The position numbers and the translations under genes are program-made. Under the pieces are notes generated by a model. That model worked only from the letters and a program-made list of their open reading frames with translations, was not told the DNA's origin and ran no database searches. 64,000 nt of DNA. It comes from a virus. Lineage: Duplodnaviria > Caudoviricetes. Below, piece after piece: positions 37,670-48,296 of the stretch. Positions within the stretch are counted from its first letter, which is position 1, and each line of letters opens with the position of its first letter. Location: positions 2,912-66,911 of IMG/VR virus record IMGVR_UViG_2877794441_000002; one strand, given 5' to 3'.

Positions 37670-38415
37670 GCTTGTTTACTCAGTTGCAGAAGCTGGAGCC
37701 TGGGGCGGAGATTCTGCTGTTTGAACTCGACGGCTCAGACTTCGGAGCTGACATGCTTAGGTTCCATGGGCACGCTATTCCGCACACGCCTCAAGAGCTG
37801 GCCGATGCTGGCGTGAACGCCGACCAGTTGCCGGCCAAGTCGATCTGGTGGCAGGGCAACGAGTACGGGGCCTGGCCAATGCAGATCGATGGCATCGAAG
37901 CCAATTCGGACGGCACTGCCGTGCGGCCCACGCTTACCGTAGGCAATGTCAACGGCAGGATCACCGCCCTGTGCCTGGCCTTCGATGACTTGCTCGAGTT
38001 CAAGTTGACGATGCGCCACACCATGGCGCGCTATCTGGATGCTGCAAATTTCCCCGATGGTAATCCGGAAGCGGAGCCCACCGAGGAAGCGATCGAGGTC
38101 TGGTACATCGATCAGAAGGTTTCTGAGAGCGGCGCCACGGTGGCCTGGGAGCTGGCCAGCCCGGGTGATGTTGGCGGGGAAACGATCGGCCGGCAGATGA
38201 CGCAGCTCTGTCACTGGGCAATGACTGCAGGTTATCGGGGTCCGAACTGCGGCTACACCGGACCTTACTTTGACCTCGACGGCAGCCCCACGGCCGACCC
38301 GGCCAAGGACCAGTGCAATGGCTGCCTGGATTCGGGCTGCATTGTTCGACACGGCCAGGGCAACCAACTTCCTTTCGGCGGCTTCCCGGCTGTTTCCCTG
38401 ATCGCACGGAGTTGA
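37666..38415 (+). CDS. Minor tail protein L-like
   Basis: CHW...YRGPNCGYTG...DQC...LPFGGFP. Confidence 0.92.
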   Translation: MSLFTQLQKLEPGAEILLFELDGSDFGADMLRFHGHAIPHTPQELADAGVNADQLPAKSIWWQGNEYGAWPMQIDGIEANSDGTAVRPTLTVGNVNGRITALCLAFDDLLEFKLTMRHTMARYLDAANFPDGNPEAEPTEEAIEVWYIDQKVSESGATVAWELASPGDVGGETIGRQMTQLCHWAMTAGYRGPNCGYTGPYFDLDGSPTADPAKDQCNGCLDSGCIVRHGQGNQLPFGGFPAVSLIARS

Positions 38416-38417
38416 CC

Positions 38418-39173
38418 ATGCGCAAACACGTCCTCGCTGCCGTGCAGGCGCACGCTGCGGCAGAGTACCCGCGCGAGTGCTGCGGACTAATCATTTCAGC
38501 TGGTCGCTCGCACCGGTACGTGGCCTGCGAGAACACTGCCACAGAGCCGTCGGAGGAATTCCGTATCTCGCCTGAAGCCTACGCTGCAGCCGAGGATCTT
38601 GGCGACGTGATCGGGATCGTGCACTCACATCCGGACGCTACCAGCAGGCCGTCGCCACGCGACTTGGCCATGTGCGAAGCCACGGGCTTGCCCTGGCACA
38701 TCTTGTCTTGGCCGGAAGGTGACCTGCGAAGCATCACCCCGACCGGTCACTCCCCGCTGCTGGGGCGGCCGTTTGTGCACGGTGCCTGGGATTGCTGGCA
38801 GGTCTGTGCTGACTGGTACAAGCGCGAGTGGGGGCTGGAGTTTCCAGCCTACGCCCGGGAGGATGGATGGTGGGAGAAAGCTGATGGCCCTAGCCTCTAT
38901 GAGCAGGCCTATGAGTCCGCTGGCTTCTACCAGGTGAGCCACCCCCAGCGCGGCGACATGATCGTCATGGCCGTAGGCCGCACGGCTCACCCGAACCACG
39001 CCGGCATCTACCTTGGCGCCGATGCGCAACTCCCCGAGGAACATGCCCAAGTCTTCGGTCCTGGTCCGTTCATGTTGCATCACCTGCTTGGCAGGCCATC
39101 AGAAATCATCGTGTTCGGCGGGCCATGGCTCGACCGAACAAGACTTGTCCTGCGGCACAAGGAGGCAAAATGA
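38418..39173 (+). CDS. Tail tip protein K-like (JAB + NlpC/P60)
   Basis: YPRECCG, VHSHPD, DCW, NHAGIY. Confidence 0.92.
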   Translation: MRKHVLAAVQAHAAAEYPRECCGLIISAGRSHRYVACENTATEPSEEFRISPEAYAAAEDLGDVIGIVHSHPDATSRPSPRDLAMCEATGLPWHILSWPEGDLRSITPTGHSPLLGRPFVHGAWDCWQVCADWYKREWGLEFPAYAREDGWWEKADGPSLYEQAYESAGFYQVSHPQRGDMIVMAVGRTAHPNHAGIYLGADAQLPEEHAQVFGPGPFMLHHLLGRPSEIIVFGGPWLDRTRLVLRHKEAK

Positions 39174-39763
39174 GCGCCATTGTTTCTACGGCCATGACCA
39201 CGATCAAGCTGTCCGGCTCCCTGGCGCGAAAATTCGGTCGCACACACCGTCGTCAGATCGACAGCGGAGAGACATGGGAGACGTTCAAGGCCCTCAAGGC
39301 CACACTGGAAGGTTTTGAAGAGGAGATCAAGCGCCTGGACGGCTTGGGTATGCGTTTCGCCATATTCCGCAACCGTAAGAACGTTGGGCTAGACGATCTG
39401 GGAAGGCGCGGAACACAAGAAGTTCGCATTGTGCCAGTGATCGAGGGGAGCAAGCGCGGTGGCATTCTTCAGGTGGTCATAGGCGCAGCGTTGATCGTTG
39501 CATCTACATTCGCCTCTGGCGGTCTCGCAGCAGGTCTGATGGGGGCCGGTGTGGCCAACGTCGCTGGCGGCGCTATTCAATTGCTCAGCCCCCAAGCCAA
39601 GGGCCTATCCCAAAGCGCAGCACCCGAGAACTTGCCGTCGTACGCTTTCGGCTCAGCCAAGAACACCACCGCCAGCGGCAACCCTGTTCCGATTTGCATC
39701 GGCGAGCGCCGATGGGGCGGAGCGATCATCTCCGCCTCGATCGAGGCGCAAGATAAGGCTTAG
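39170..39763 (+). CDS. Tail assembly protein I-like
   Basis: IRIVPVIEGSK-like motif, GNPVPICIGERRWGGAIISA. Confidence 0.92.
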   Translation: MSAIVSTAMTTIKLSGSLARKFGRTHRRQIDSGETWETFKALKATLEGFEEEIKRLDGLGMRFAIFRNRKNVGLDDLGRRGTQEVRIVPVIEGSKRGGILQVVIGAALIVASTFASGGLAAGLMGAGVANVAGGAIQLLSPQAKGLSQSAAPENLPSYAFGSAKNTTASGNPVPICIGERRWGGAIISASIEAQDKA

Positions 39764-39819
39764 GGCCGATTCAGCGAACATGCCGCCTCCGGGCGGCTTT
39801 TTATTGCCCGGAGGAAAGC

Positions 39820-42800
39820 ATGGGCCCAGCAGATCACGTGGATATCACTGGCGCCAAGGGCGGCAGTAGCAAGCCGAAAACGCCTGTAGAGGCGCCTGAT
39901 AGCCTGCAGTCGACCAACATCGGCAAGATTCTGATTGCCGTGGGGGAGGGTGAGTTCGACGGCGCTCCCACTGACCGCGACATCTTCCTCGACAACACTC
40001 CGATCATTGACACCAGCGGCAATGTGAATTTTCCCGGCGTGAAGTGGGAGTGGCGCCCAGGCTCCGTCGAGCAGGAATACATCCAGGGCATTCCTGCGAT
40101 CGAGAACGAGACCACCGTCAACGTTGAGCTGCGCAGCGACAATCCATTTGCCCGTGCCCTGAGCAACACCCAGCTCTCGGCTGTGCGCGTGCGAATGGCC
40201 TGGCCGCGCCTGGCGCAGCAGGACAGCAGTGGCAATACCAACGGCTACCGTATTGAGTACGCCATCGATATCGCCACCGATGGTGGCGCCTACGTCGAGG
40301 CGCACCTGGGGGCGGTGGACGGCAAGACCACCAATGGCTATCAGCGCTCGGTGCGCGTGAACCTGCCCAAGGCTACCTCCGGCTGGATGTTGCGCGTGCG
40401 CCGTATCACTCCGAATGCCAACAGCGGCACCGTGGCCGACACGATGACCATCGCGGGCTATACCGAGATCATCGACGAGAAGCTGCGGTACCCGAATACC
40501 GCGCTGCTGTACATCGAGTTTGACGCCCAGCAGTTCCAGAACATCCCAGCGGTAACCGTGAAGTGCAAGGCCAAGCGCTGGCCGGTGCCGAGCAACTACG
40601 ATCCGATTGCGCGTACCTACACCGGTGTATGGGATGGCACTTTCAAGCAGGCTTGGACCAACAACCCCGCGTTCGTCACTTTTGGCGTGTGCGTGGAGGA
40701 CCGTTTCGGCCTGGGTAAGCGCATCAAATCGTGGATGGTCGATAAATGGGAGATGTACCGCATAGCCCAGTACTGCGACCAGCTGGTGCCAGATGGTGTG
40801 GGTGGTCAAGAGCCGCGCTACCTGTGCGACATGAATCTGCAAGGCCGTGCCGAGGCGTGGACACTCCTGCGGGACCTGTCGGCAGTCTATCGCGGCATGG
40901 TGTACTGGGCTCACGGCTCTCTGTTTATGCAGGCAGACATGCCGCGCGCTCAGGATATCGATTATGTTTTCACCCGAGCCAACGTCATCGACGGTGAGTT
41001 CGTTTACGGCGGTGCCGAACGCAATACCCACTACAGCCGGGCACTGGTCAGCTACGACAACCCGGCCAACAACTATGACACCGATGTCATCCCAGTCACC
41101 GACAACGCTCTCCAGCGACGGTACCGGGACCGTCCGGTGGAGATTTCTGCCATCGGCTGCACCCGTGCGTCCGAGGCTCAGCGCCGCGGCAAGTGGGCGC
41201 TGCTGAGTAACAGCCAGGACCGCACCGTCACTTTCAAGACCGGCATGGAAGGGCGCATTCCGCTGCCTGGCTACGTCATTCCCGTCGCAGACGAGCTGGT
41301 TGCGGGCCGTCCAAACGGCGGCCGGATCTCGGCGGCTGCCGGCCGCGTTGTGACCTTGGACCGTGACACGCCGATCAAGGCTGGCGACCGGCTGATCTTG
41401 AACCTGCCGAACGGTACCGCCCAGGCACGCACGGTGCAGTCGGTTGCCGGCCGCGCGGTGACGGTAACCACCGCGTATGGCGTGCAGCCCGAACCGGAAC
41501 TGCAGTGGGCAATCGATTACCACGACCTGGCGGTGCAGCTGTTCCGGGTGCTGAAAACAACGCGCACCCAAGAGGGCGAGTACGAGATCACCGCGCTCGA
41601 GTTCAACCCGAGCAAGTTCGCGGCGATCGACACCGGCGCCAAGTTGGACGAGCGCCCGATTAGTGTTATCCCGGTGACCACCGTGCAGCCCCCGGCAAGC
41701 GTGACATTGTCGTCCGCCCACATGATCGACCAGGGTATCGCGGTCAGCACCATGACCATCGCCTGGCCGGCGGTGGAGGGCGCTGTCGCCTATGACGTGG
41801 AGTGGCGAAAGGACAACGGCAACTGGGTTCGCCTGCAGCGCACCGGCGCAACATCGGTAGACGTGGTCGGCATTTATGCGGGTGCCTACCTTGCACGCGT
41901 ACGCGCTGTGAGCTCGTTCGAGATTACGTCGATCTGGAAAAGCTCGACCCTGACTCAGCTGAATGGCAAGGAAGGCCTGCCGCCGGCCGTTACCTTTCTG
42001 GATACCGAAAGCCTGCTGTTCGGCATCGGCATCAAGTGGGGCTTCCCTGCTGGCTCCAGTGACACCCAGCGTACCGAGCTGTGGTACAGCGAAGGTACAG
42101 ACTTGAACCAGGCCACCAAGCTGGCCGACCTGGCCTATCCGCAGAACGAGTACGTCATGCAGGGCTTGCGCGCGGGCCAACAGTTCTATTTCTGGGCTCG
42201 CCTGGTCGATCGTTCCGGTAACCTTGGCCCATTCTTCCCGGTAGCACCGACGGTGGTTGCCGGGATGGCCAGCGCAGACGCTGGAGCGATTCTTGAGCAG
42301 ATTAAGGATCAGATCACCGAGAGCGAACTGGGCATAGAACTGACCAGCCGTATCGACCTGGTCGACAAGAATGGCCCTGGCTCGGTGAACGAGCGCGTTG
42401 GGGAAGTCCGCAGCGAGCTGAATGAGCAGGTGGCCGGGGTCAACAACGCGATCGAGACGGTCAAGTCGTCGGTGGTGGCGGCCCGTGATGAGTTGCAGCA
42501 GCAGCTTGCAGCAGTTGATCAGGAAGTCGATGCGGCCCGATCCGAGCTGCAGCAGCAGATCAATACCGTCTCCGCGTTGGCCGGATCGTTGCCGTACAAC
42601 AAGGACAAGACCTACACCCTGAATCAGGGTGTACTGGGCGCCGACGGCAAGCTGTACCAGGCACTGAAAGCGGTACCGAAGAACAACCCGCCGCCCAATG
42701 CGACCTACTGGACCGATGTTGGCCAGGCGATCGTCACGGCGGCCGGTACCGCCACGCGCGTGGGCAAGGTTGAAACGGACGTTTCCACGCTCAACGGTAC

Positions 42801-45800
42801 AAGCACGGCGCAGGCCACCCAGATCGAGGGCCTGCAGTCCGGCCTGACCACCACCAATGGCAATGTGACGACCGCCCAGCAAGCGGCTCAGGCGGCGGCC
42901 ACGGCGGCCGGCGCCAAGGGCGAGGTGATCTACGGGGCGACCGCGCCGGCTGCTGACAAGCGCTTGGCGCAGAACCTGTGGATCGATACCACGGGCAATG
43001 CCAACACGCCCAAGCGCTGGAACGGCAGCGCCTGGGTAGCCGTTACCGACAAGGTGGTCACCGATGCAGCGGCAGCGGCGCAGTCGGCCTTGACGGAAGT
43101 GGCCAAGAAAGCCGATGCCTCGACCTTGCAGAGCCTGAGCAACAAGGTCACTCAGCAGGGTCAGGACTTGACTGCCCAAGGCCAAGCGATGACGGCGATT
43201 GACGCCGCGATCGGTGAGGTTGGCGGGGAAAACCTGCTATACAACCCCACGTTCAATCGTGCCAGCGCGGCCGATGCCAACGTGCCGGATGGTTGGGTGC
43301 TGGAGGGTAGTGCATCCAGAAACCCGAGCATGGTGCCTTCCTGGTTGAACTCGGGAGAGCAGGCTTTCCGGGTCGCGGTCACCGGCGTAACGAGCGCAAC
43401 CCCGTATCTCTCGCTGGTCACCCAGTCCAGCCAGCGGCCAAGGGTTGCGAGCGGGCAGACTGTCACCACGTCGGTCTATGCCCGGCGCATGGCAGAGTCG
43501 GGCCTGCTGGCCCTGCGCATCTACCACCAGTGGATCAACGACGCCGGCGTGGTGATTTCCGCGCCTGCAAACGGTTTGACCCCCATTACGGTGGAGGGCG
43601 GTCGGCACTCGTACACGTCCATTGCGCCGGAAGGTGCTGTTCGGCTGAATGTGTATTTGCGCATTCACGGCCAGACGGCGGCGGCGGTCAACGGCTCTGC
43701 CGAGCTGGCCCGGCCGCAAACCGAGTACGGTTCGCGCGCAACGGGTTGGCGGGATAACGGTCAGGTCAGCGCGGGTGACATTGCTGCCAACGTGTCGTTG
43801 ACCAACCTGCTGTCCGGCCGGGTGGAGCAGACGGAGCAAAGTCTGGTTTCCCAGGGGCAATCCATCGTTTCGCTGCAGGGAGGGCTTACCACCACCAGTC
43901 AGGGTGTCACCGCTGCCCAGCAGGCGGCGCAGGCAGCCGCTACGGCGGCCGGCGCCAAGGGCGAGGTGATCTATGGATCGACTGCGCCGGCGGCTGACAA
44001 GCGCCTGGCACAGAACCTGTGGATCGATACCACGGGCAATGCCAACACGCCCAAGCGCTGGAATGGCAGCACCTGGGTGGCCGTCACCGACAAGGTGGCC
44101 ACCGACGCGGCGGCCGCTGCGGCCAATGCCCTGACGGTTGCTCAGAGCAAAGCCGAGGCCTCGGTGGTGCAGAGCCTGAGCAACAAGGTCAGCGATGCCG
44201 AAGGCAAGTTGACCACCCAAGGCCAGTCGATCACGGGCCTGCAGGGCAGCCTTACCACGACCAACCAAAACGTCACGGCTGCCCAGCAGGCCGCGCAAGC
44301 GGCGGCCACGGCGGCCGGTGCCAAGGGTGAGGTGATCTACGGATCGACCGCGCCGGCGGCTGACAAGCGTCTGGCACAGAACCTGTGGATCGACACCACC
44401 GGCAACGCCAACACGCCCAAGCGCTGGAACGGCAGCACCTGGGTAGCCGTGACCGACAAGGTGGCCACCGATGCAGCGGCAGCAGCGCAGTCGGCCTTGA
44501 CGGAGGTGGCCAAGAAAGCCGATGCCTCGACCGTGCAGAGCCTGAGCAACACGGTCACCCAGCAGGGTCAGGACCTGATCGCCCAAGGCCAGGCGCTCAC
44601 GGCAATAGATGCTTCCATTGGTGATGCAGGCGGGGAAAACCTGCTCTACAACCCGGCTTTCACCAAGGTCAACGCGGTCGATCCGAATGTGCCTGATGGC
44701 TGGACCAGAGACGGGGCAGCTCAGAACAATTCCAGCATGGTTGAGTCCTGGTTGAATGCTGGAGAGCGCGCTTTCAGGTCGGCTCTAACGGGGGTTACGA
44801 GTGGTTCGCCGTACCTGTCGCTTATCCCTGCTACTACGCGAAGGGTAAAAGTCGGTGGTTCACAAACCATTACGTCGTCGGTTTACGCCCGGCGCGCAGC
44901 TACTTCTGGGCTGCTTTCCCTGCGCCTGTACATCCAGTGGTTGAATGCTTCGGGAGGGGTGATTTCTGCCCCGTTCTCGAAGTTCAACCCAGTCAGTGTT
45001 GACGGTAGTCGCCACACCCTGACTGCGGTCGCACCCGCCGATGCGGTTGCCGCCGTTGTGTATTACCGGGTGCATGGGGCGACCTCGACCGCAACCAACG
45101 GTACGGTGGAGCTGGCCCGGCCGCAGGTCGAGTACGGTTCTCGTCCATCCGGCTGGCGGGACAGTGGCCAGGTGAACGCGGCGGACAACGCGGCCACTTC
45201 GGCCGCCGTCGAGAATCTGACCTCGACGGTGAATCAGCAAGGCAGCAGCCTGAGCAGTGTGGCCGGGAGGACCACCAGCCTGGAGAACAGCCTTACCACT
45301 ACCAACCAGAACGTGACCGCGGCCCAGCAGGCCGCCCAGGCGGCCGCTACAGCGGCGGGCGCCAAAGGTGAGGTTATCTATGGGGCTACCGCGCCGGCGG
45401 CTGACAAGCTGCTTGCGCAGAACCTATGGATCGATACCACCGGCAATGCCAACACGCCGAAACGCTGGAACGGCAGCACCTGGGTAGCGGTGAGCGACAA
45501 GGTGGCCACGGACGCGGCCGCCGCCGCCGCCAGTGCGCTGAGTCAGGTGGCCACCAAGGCCGAAGCGTCGGCCGTGAACTCACTGACCAACCGGGTGAAC
45601 AGCGCCGAAGGTACGCTCAGCAGCAACAGCAGCGATATCACCCAGCTGAAAAACAGCATTGGCACCGCCCAGCCATTCGTGGCGGGCAAGTCCTGGGAGT
45701 TCATCGGCTCTACCCAAGGATGGGTAGGCACCATCGCCGGTTCGACCTTCACCGCTGGTCCGCTGTTCGCCACGGCGGGCAAATGCCCGAACCTGCAGTG

Positions 45801-47073
45801 CAACTTCACCCCGGCAATCGCCGGCGCCGAGAACCCTTACCTGCGTATCCGGCTGCGTCGACGCAACACCAGCCGCACGGGCGCCCAGATGTATTGGGCG
45901 AACGAGGACGGTGGCCTGGCCGAGGCGCGCCGCATGGCGTGGACCATCAGTCTGACCACTGACGATTGGCAAGACATTGAGTTTGACCTGTCTGGCCATG
46001 CGGGTTGGAACGGAAAAAGCATCATCGCCATCCGCCTGGACATGATGAACTCGGCAGACACGTCGGGCGAAATCGATATCGCGTACATCGCGGTTGGTCG
46101 CCGCTCGGCGGCCGCCTCGGCGCAGGCGGTGGCCAGCCTGGAGAGCAACGTTACCCAGCAGGGCGGCAAGCTCACCGCCGAGGGGCTGCGGATCGACGGG
46201 TTGTATGCGTCGGTCGGTGATGCGAACGCAGCGATTCAGAATGAAGCCAAAGCGCGGGCCGATGCGGATGGTGCACTTAGCCAGCAGATCCAGACCACTC
46301 AATCATCCTTGGGCAGTACCAACGCTTCGGTACAGCAGATCAGTACGGCGCAGACCGGATTGAATAACCGGGTCAACGCTCAGTACTCGATCAAAGTGGC
46401 GGTTACGCAAAGCGGGGTGTATGCCCTTGGCGGGATTGGGGTTGGCATCCAGAACCAGAATGGTGTGCTGCAGTCGGTAGTGGCCGTTCTGGCGGACCAG
46501 TTCGCCGTCATCAACGCTGCCGGCAACGGTTACGTCAGCCCGTTCGCGATTCAAGGCGGCCAGGTGTTCATGAATGATGCCTTCATCCGTGATGGCAGCA
46601 TCATTAACGCCAAGATCCAAGACGCCGCTATCAGTAACGCCAAGATCGCAAACGGTGTCATCACTGCGGCCAAGATCGGGGTGGCCGAAATCGACACGCT
46701 GCGCATCCGTGGCAATGCCGTCACTGTGCCTGTATCGGCCAATAACCCCGGGAATATTCTTGGCGCTGGTGTAGGTCAGTGGCTAAACGTGATCGCCGTC
46801 GGCGTGCAAATGGACGAGGCCGGTTTCATCACTGCCCAGTACAGCTGCTATCAAGGGTTTGGCAGCGGTATCCGCAAGTACATGTTCCAGATGGATATCA
46901 ACGGCCTGGTTATCGCCCAAGGTGGCGGTGACTGGGCGGATGGTTTCCCCAACCTGATGGGATCAATCGGTGTGGGGCCGGGTTACTTCGTCATCACTGT
47001 GAAGTGGTGGGGGGAGAACTCTGGGATAGGCGTTCAGAACCACACCCTTTACGCAATGGGAACCAAGCGATGA
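39820..47073 (+). CDS. Central tail fibre / host specificity protein J with internal repeats and carbohydrate-binding-like modules
   Basis: Lambda J-like N-terminus (GAKGG, EAPDSLQS, WTNNPA), DUF1983-like C-terminal region, 2417 aa. Confidence 0.93.
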   Translation: MGPADHVDITGAKGGSSKPKTPVEAPDSLQSTNIGKILIAVGEGEFDGAPTDRDIFLDNTPIIDTSGNVNFPGVKWEWRPGSVEQEYIQGIPAIENETTVNVELRSDNPFARALSNTQLSAVRVRMAWPRLAQQDSSGNTNGYRIEYAIDIATDGGAYVEAHLGAVDGKTTNGYQRSVRVNLPKATSGWMLRVRRITPNANSGTVADTMTIAGYTEIIDEKLRYPNTALLYIEFDAQQFQNIPAVTVKCKAKRWPVPSNYDPIARTYTGVWDGTFKQAWTNNPAFVTFGVCVEDRFGLGKRIKSWMVDKWEMYRIAQYCDQLVPDGVGGQEPRYLCDMNLQGRAEAWTLLRDLSAVYRGMVYWAHGSLFMQADMPRAQDIDYVFTRANVIDGEFVYGGAERNTHYSRALVSYDNPANNYDTDVIPVTDNALQRRYRDRPVEISAIGCTRASEAQRRGKWALLSNSQDRTVTFKTGMEGRIPLPGYVIPVADELVAGRPNGGRISAAAGRVVTLDRDTPIKAGDRLILNLPNGTAQARTVQSVAGRAVTVTTAYGVQPEPELQWAIDYHDLAVQLFRVLKTTRTQEGEYEITALEFNPSKFAAIDTGAKLDERPISVIPVTTVQPPASVTLSSAHMIDQGIAVSTMTIAWPAVEGAVAYDVEWRKDNGNWVRLQRTGATSVDVVGIYAGAYLARVRAVSSFEITSIWKSSTLTQLNGKEGLPPAVTFLDTESLLFGIGIKWGFPAGSSDTQRTELWYSEGTDLNQATKLADLAYPQNEYVMQGLRAGQQFYFWARLVDRSGNLGPFFPVAPTVVAGMASADAGAILEQIKDQITESELGIELTSRIDLVDKNGPGSVNERVGEVRSELNEQVAGVNNAIETVKSSVVAARDELQQQLAAVDQEVDAARSELQQQINTVSALAGSLPYNKDKTYTLNQGVLGADGKLYQALKAVPKNNPPPNATYWTDVGQAIVTAAGTATRVGKVETDVSTLNGTSTAQATQIEGLQSGLTTTNGNVTTAQQAAQAAATAAGAKGEVIYGATAPAADKRLAQNLWIDTTGNANTPKRWNGSAWVAVTDKVVTDAAAAAQSALTEVAKKADASTLQSLSNKVTQQGQDLTAQGQAMTAIDAAIGEVGGENLLYNPTFNRASAADANVPDGWVLEGSASRNPSMVPSWLNSGEQAFRVAVTGVTSATPYLSLVTQSSQRPRVASGQTVTTSVYARRMAESGLLALRIYHQWINDAGVVISAPANGLTPITVEGGRHSYTSIAPEGAVRLNVYLRIHGQTAAAVNGSAELARPQTEYGSRATGWRDNGQVSAGDIAANVSLTNLLSGRVEQTEQSLVSQGQSIVSLQGGLTTTSQGVTAAQQAAQAAATAAGAKGEVIYGSTAPAADKRLAQNLWIDTTGNANTPKRWNGSTWVAVTDKVATDAAAAAANALTVAQSKAEASVVQSLSNKVSDAEGKLTTQGQSITGLQGSLTTTNQNVTAAQQAAQAAATAAGAKGEVIYGSTAPAADKRLAQNLWIDTTGNANTPKRWNGSTWVAVTDKVATDAAAAAQSALTEVAKKADASTVQSLSNTVTQQGQDLIAQGQALTAIDASIGDAGGENLLYNPAFTKVNAVDPNVPDGWTRDGAAQNNSSMVESWLNAGERAFRSALTGVTSGSPYLSLIPATTRRVKVGGSQTITSSVYARRAATSGLLSLRLYIQWLNASGGVISAPFSKFNPVSVDGSRHTLTAVAPADAVAAVVYYRVHGATSTATNGTVELARPQVEYGSRPSGWRDSGQVNAADNAATSAAVENLTSTVNQQGSSLSSVAGRTTSLENSLTTTNQNVTAAQQAAQAAATAAGAKGEVIYGATAPAADKLLAQNLWIDTTGNANTPKRWNGSTWVAVSDKVATDAAAAAASALSQVATKAEASAVNSLTNRVNSAEGTLSSNSSDITQLKNSIGTAQPFVAGKSWEFIGSTQGWVGTIAGSTFTAGPLFATAGKCPNLQCNFTPAIAGAENPYLRIRLRRRNTSRTGAQMYWANEDGGLAEARRMAWTISLTTDDWQDIEFDLSGHAGWNGKSIIAIRLDMMNSADTSGEIDIAYIAVGRRSAAASAQAVASLESNVTQQGGKLTAEGLRIDGLYASVGDANAAIQNEAKARADADGALSQQIQTTQSSLGSTNASVQQISTAQTGLNNRVNAQYSIKVAVTQSGVYALGGIGVGIQNQNGVLQSVVAVLADQFAVINAAGNGYVSPFAIQGGQVFMNDAFIRDGSIINAKIQDAAISNAKIANGVITAAKIGVAEIDTLRIRGNAVTVPVSANNPGNILGAGVGQWLNVIAVGVQMDEAGFITAQYSCYQGFGSGIRKYMFQMDINGLVIAQGGGDWADGFPNLMGSIGVGPGYFVITVKWWGENSGIGVQNHTLYAMGTKR
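42844..45530 (+). repeat. Four ~240-bp near-identical repeats within J (GAKGEVIYG...NLWIDTTGNANTPKRWNG)
   Basis: GAKG codons at 42910, 43951, 44317, 45358 (spacing 1041/366/1041). Confidence 0.93.
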
Positions 47074-47450
47074 GCAGCATTGAACACTATGCAGCCTATG
47101 AGGCTGACGGCCGGATCGTGTTTGCCGTCAGCTGCCCGCCCGAACACGGGAAGAAAATCATCAGGCTCAACACCGACCGGCCCTTCATCCAGGTGGCCAC
47201 CCCGGCACGTCCGGCCGAGCACTTTGTGATGGGGCAGATGCTCAAGGAGCGCCCCCAGATGGGGGCAGTACTCCAAGGGTACTGGTTGAAGGGCGTCCAC
47301 GAAGGTGCCGCCGTGAAGATCGAGAACGAAACCTACACCGCTGACGGGAGTGACATCGAGCTGAGTTTCTCGGCGCCGGGTACCTACACCGTCACGGTCA
47401 GCCTTTGGCCCTACCGCGACCAGGAGTTCACCGTTGAAAATTCAGCATAA
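47070..47450 (+). CDS. Tail-associated hypothetical protein
   Basis: ATGA-coupled to J. Confidence 0.75.
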   Translation: MSSIEHYAAYEADGRIVFAVSCPPEHGKKIIRLNTDRPFIQVATPARPAEHFVMGQMLKERPQMGAVLQGYWLKGVHEGAAVKIENETYTADGSDIELSFSAPGTYTVTVSLWPYRDQEFTVENSA

Positions 47451-47604
47451 GTGCGACCACACCAAGCGCCGGGCGGCCGAGTATCCGCCGGTGGAGGAAC
47501 AACTGGACATGCTGTGGCATGCCATGAATCAAGGGCATATGCCCAAGGCAGAGCCTTTTTTCTCGACCCTGCAGCAGATCAAGCAGCAATACCCCAAGGC
47601 TTGA
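47434..47604 (+). CDS. Small tail-associated protein (RRAAEYPPVEEQLDMLWHAM...IKQQYPK)
   Basis: TTG start with AGGAG RBS; motif common downstream of tail fibres. Confidence 0.65.
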   Translation: MKIQHKCDHTKRRAAEYPPVEEQLDMLWHAMNQGHMPKAEPFFSTLQQIKQQYPKA

Positions 47605-47664
47605 ACCCAAGCCACTACCCAATGTCCGCCATCGAGCGGGTTTCTTTTTGTCTGGAGAAAACCC

Positions 47665-47886
47665 ATGCCATTTGTTGCCATCAATCTGAGCAATGACTAC
47701 GACGTTGCCAATAAGACCCGCTATGCCACTCAGGAGGAAGCTGACGCCCGCGCCCGAGAGATCCTGAACCAGTTCCCGACTGCCCAGGTCAGCGTGGCTC
47801 AGGTGCTGAAGGACTACAGCGCCAAGGTATCGATCACTGCGAGGGAGCCAGCAGCAGCGCCGGAGTCGGAAGCCCCGGCCGCTTAA
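47665..47886 (+). CDS. Hypothetical protein
   Basis: GGAG RBS, terminators on both sides. Confidence 0.75.
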   Translation: MPFVAINLSNDYDVANKTRYATQEEADARAREILNQFPTAQVSVAQVLKDYSAKVSITAREPAAAPESEAPAA

Positions 47887-47978
47887 CCGACCTAGTCCAG
47901 CGCCAGACCGCCCCGCGCGGTTTTTTTCGCCTGTCGAGCTCCTTTCTAAAGAGCCTCATACGTAAGTGGCGGTGTCTC

Positions 47979-48188
47979 TCATTTCCTGCCGATTTGAAAC
48001 TTCAGTTTCTCGGTTGGCCACCAGTTGAAAGACGGAGGTGGCTCATAACAGCCGGGCTGGTTAGCAGGCGAGGCATCACACCGAACGGTGTATCCCTTTG
48101 AGCCTACCTCCTTGATATCGCCGCTCGAGCCATAGTGAGAGCAGGCCGCCAGCGCGGAAAACATGAGTAATGCCGAAATACGCTTCAT
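47979..48188 (-). CDS. Small lipoprotein (CDASPANQPGCY)
   Basis: Signal peptide with LAAC lipobox. Confidence 0.8.
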   Translation of the reverse strand: MKRISALLMFSALAACSHYGSSGDIKEVGSKGYTVRCDASPANQPGCYEPPPSFNWWPTEKLKFQIGRK

Positions 48189-48296
48189 AAGAAATCCCTT
48201 CTATAGACCGCAGCATCGTATCGCTTAGCGGTGGCGGAGGGTATAGCCCCGCTCATCACAGCCTGCTTTATGCAGATGTTTTCGCCTGGAGAAACT

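Noticed and set aside
34003-39805. Repeated GCCGCCTCCGGGCGG at ~34003 and ~39782 as recombination sites
   Set aside because: Both are hairpins followed by T tracts, i.e. ordinary intrinsic terminators
39760-43185. 1141-aa minus-strand ORF and other long antisense ORFs over structural genes
   Set aside because: Shadows of high-GC coding strands; no recognisable motifs or RBS
42844-45530. DGR or shufflon at the tail fibre
   Set aside because: No reverse transcriptase, no adenine-specific variation, no adjacent invertase; the repeats are direct and in frame
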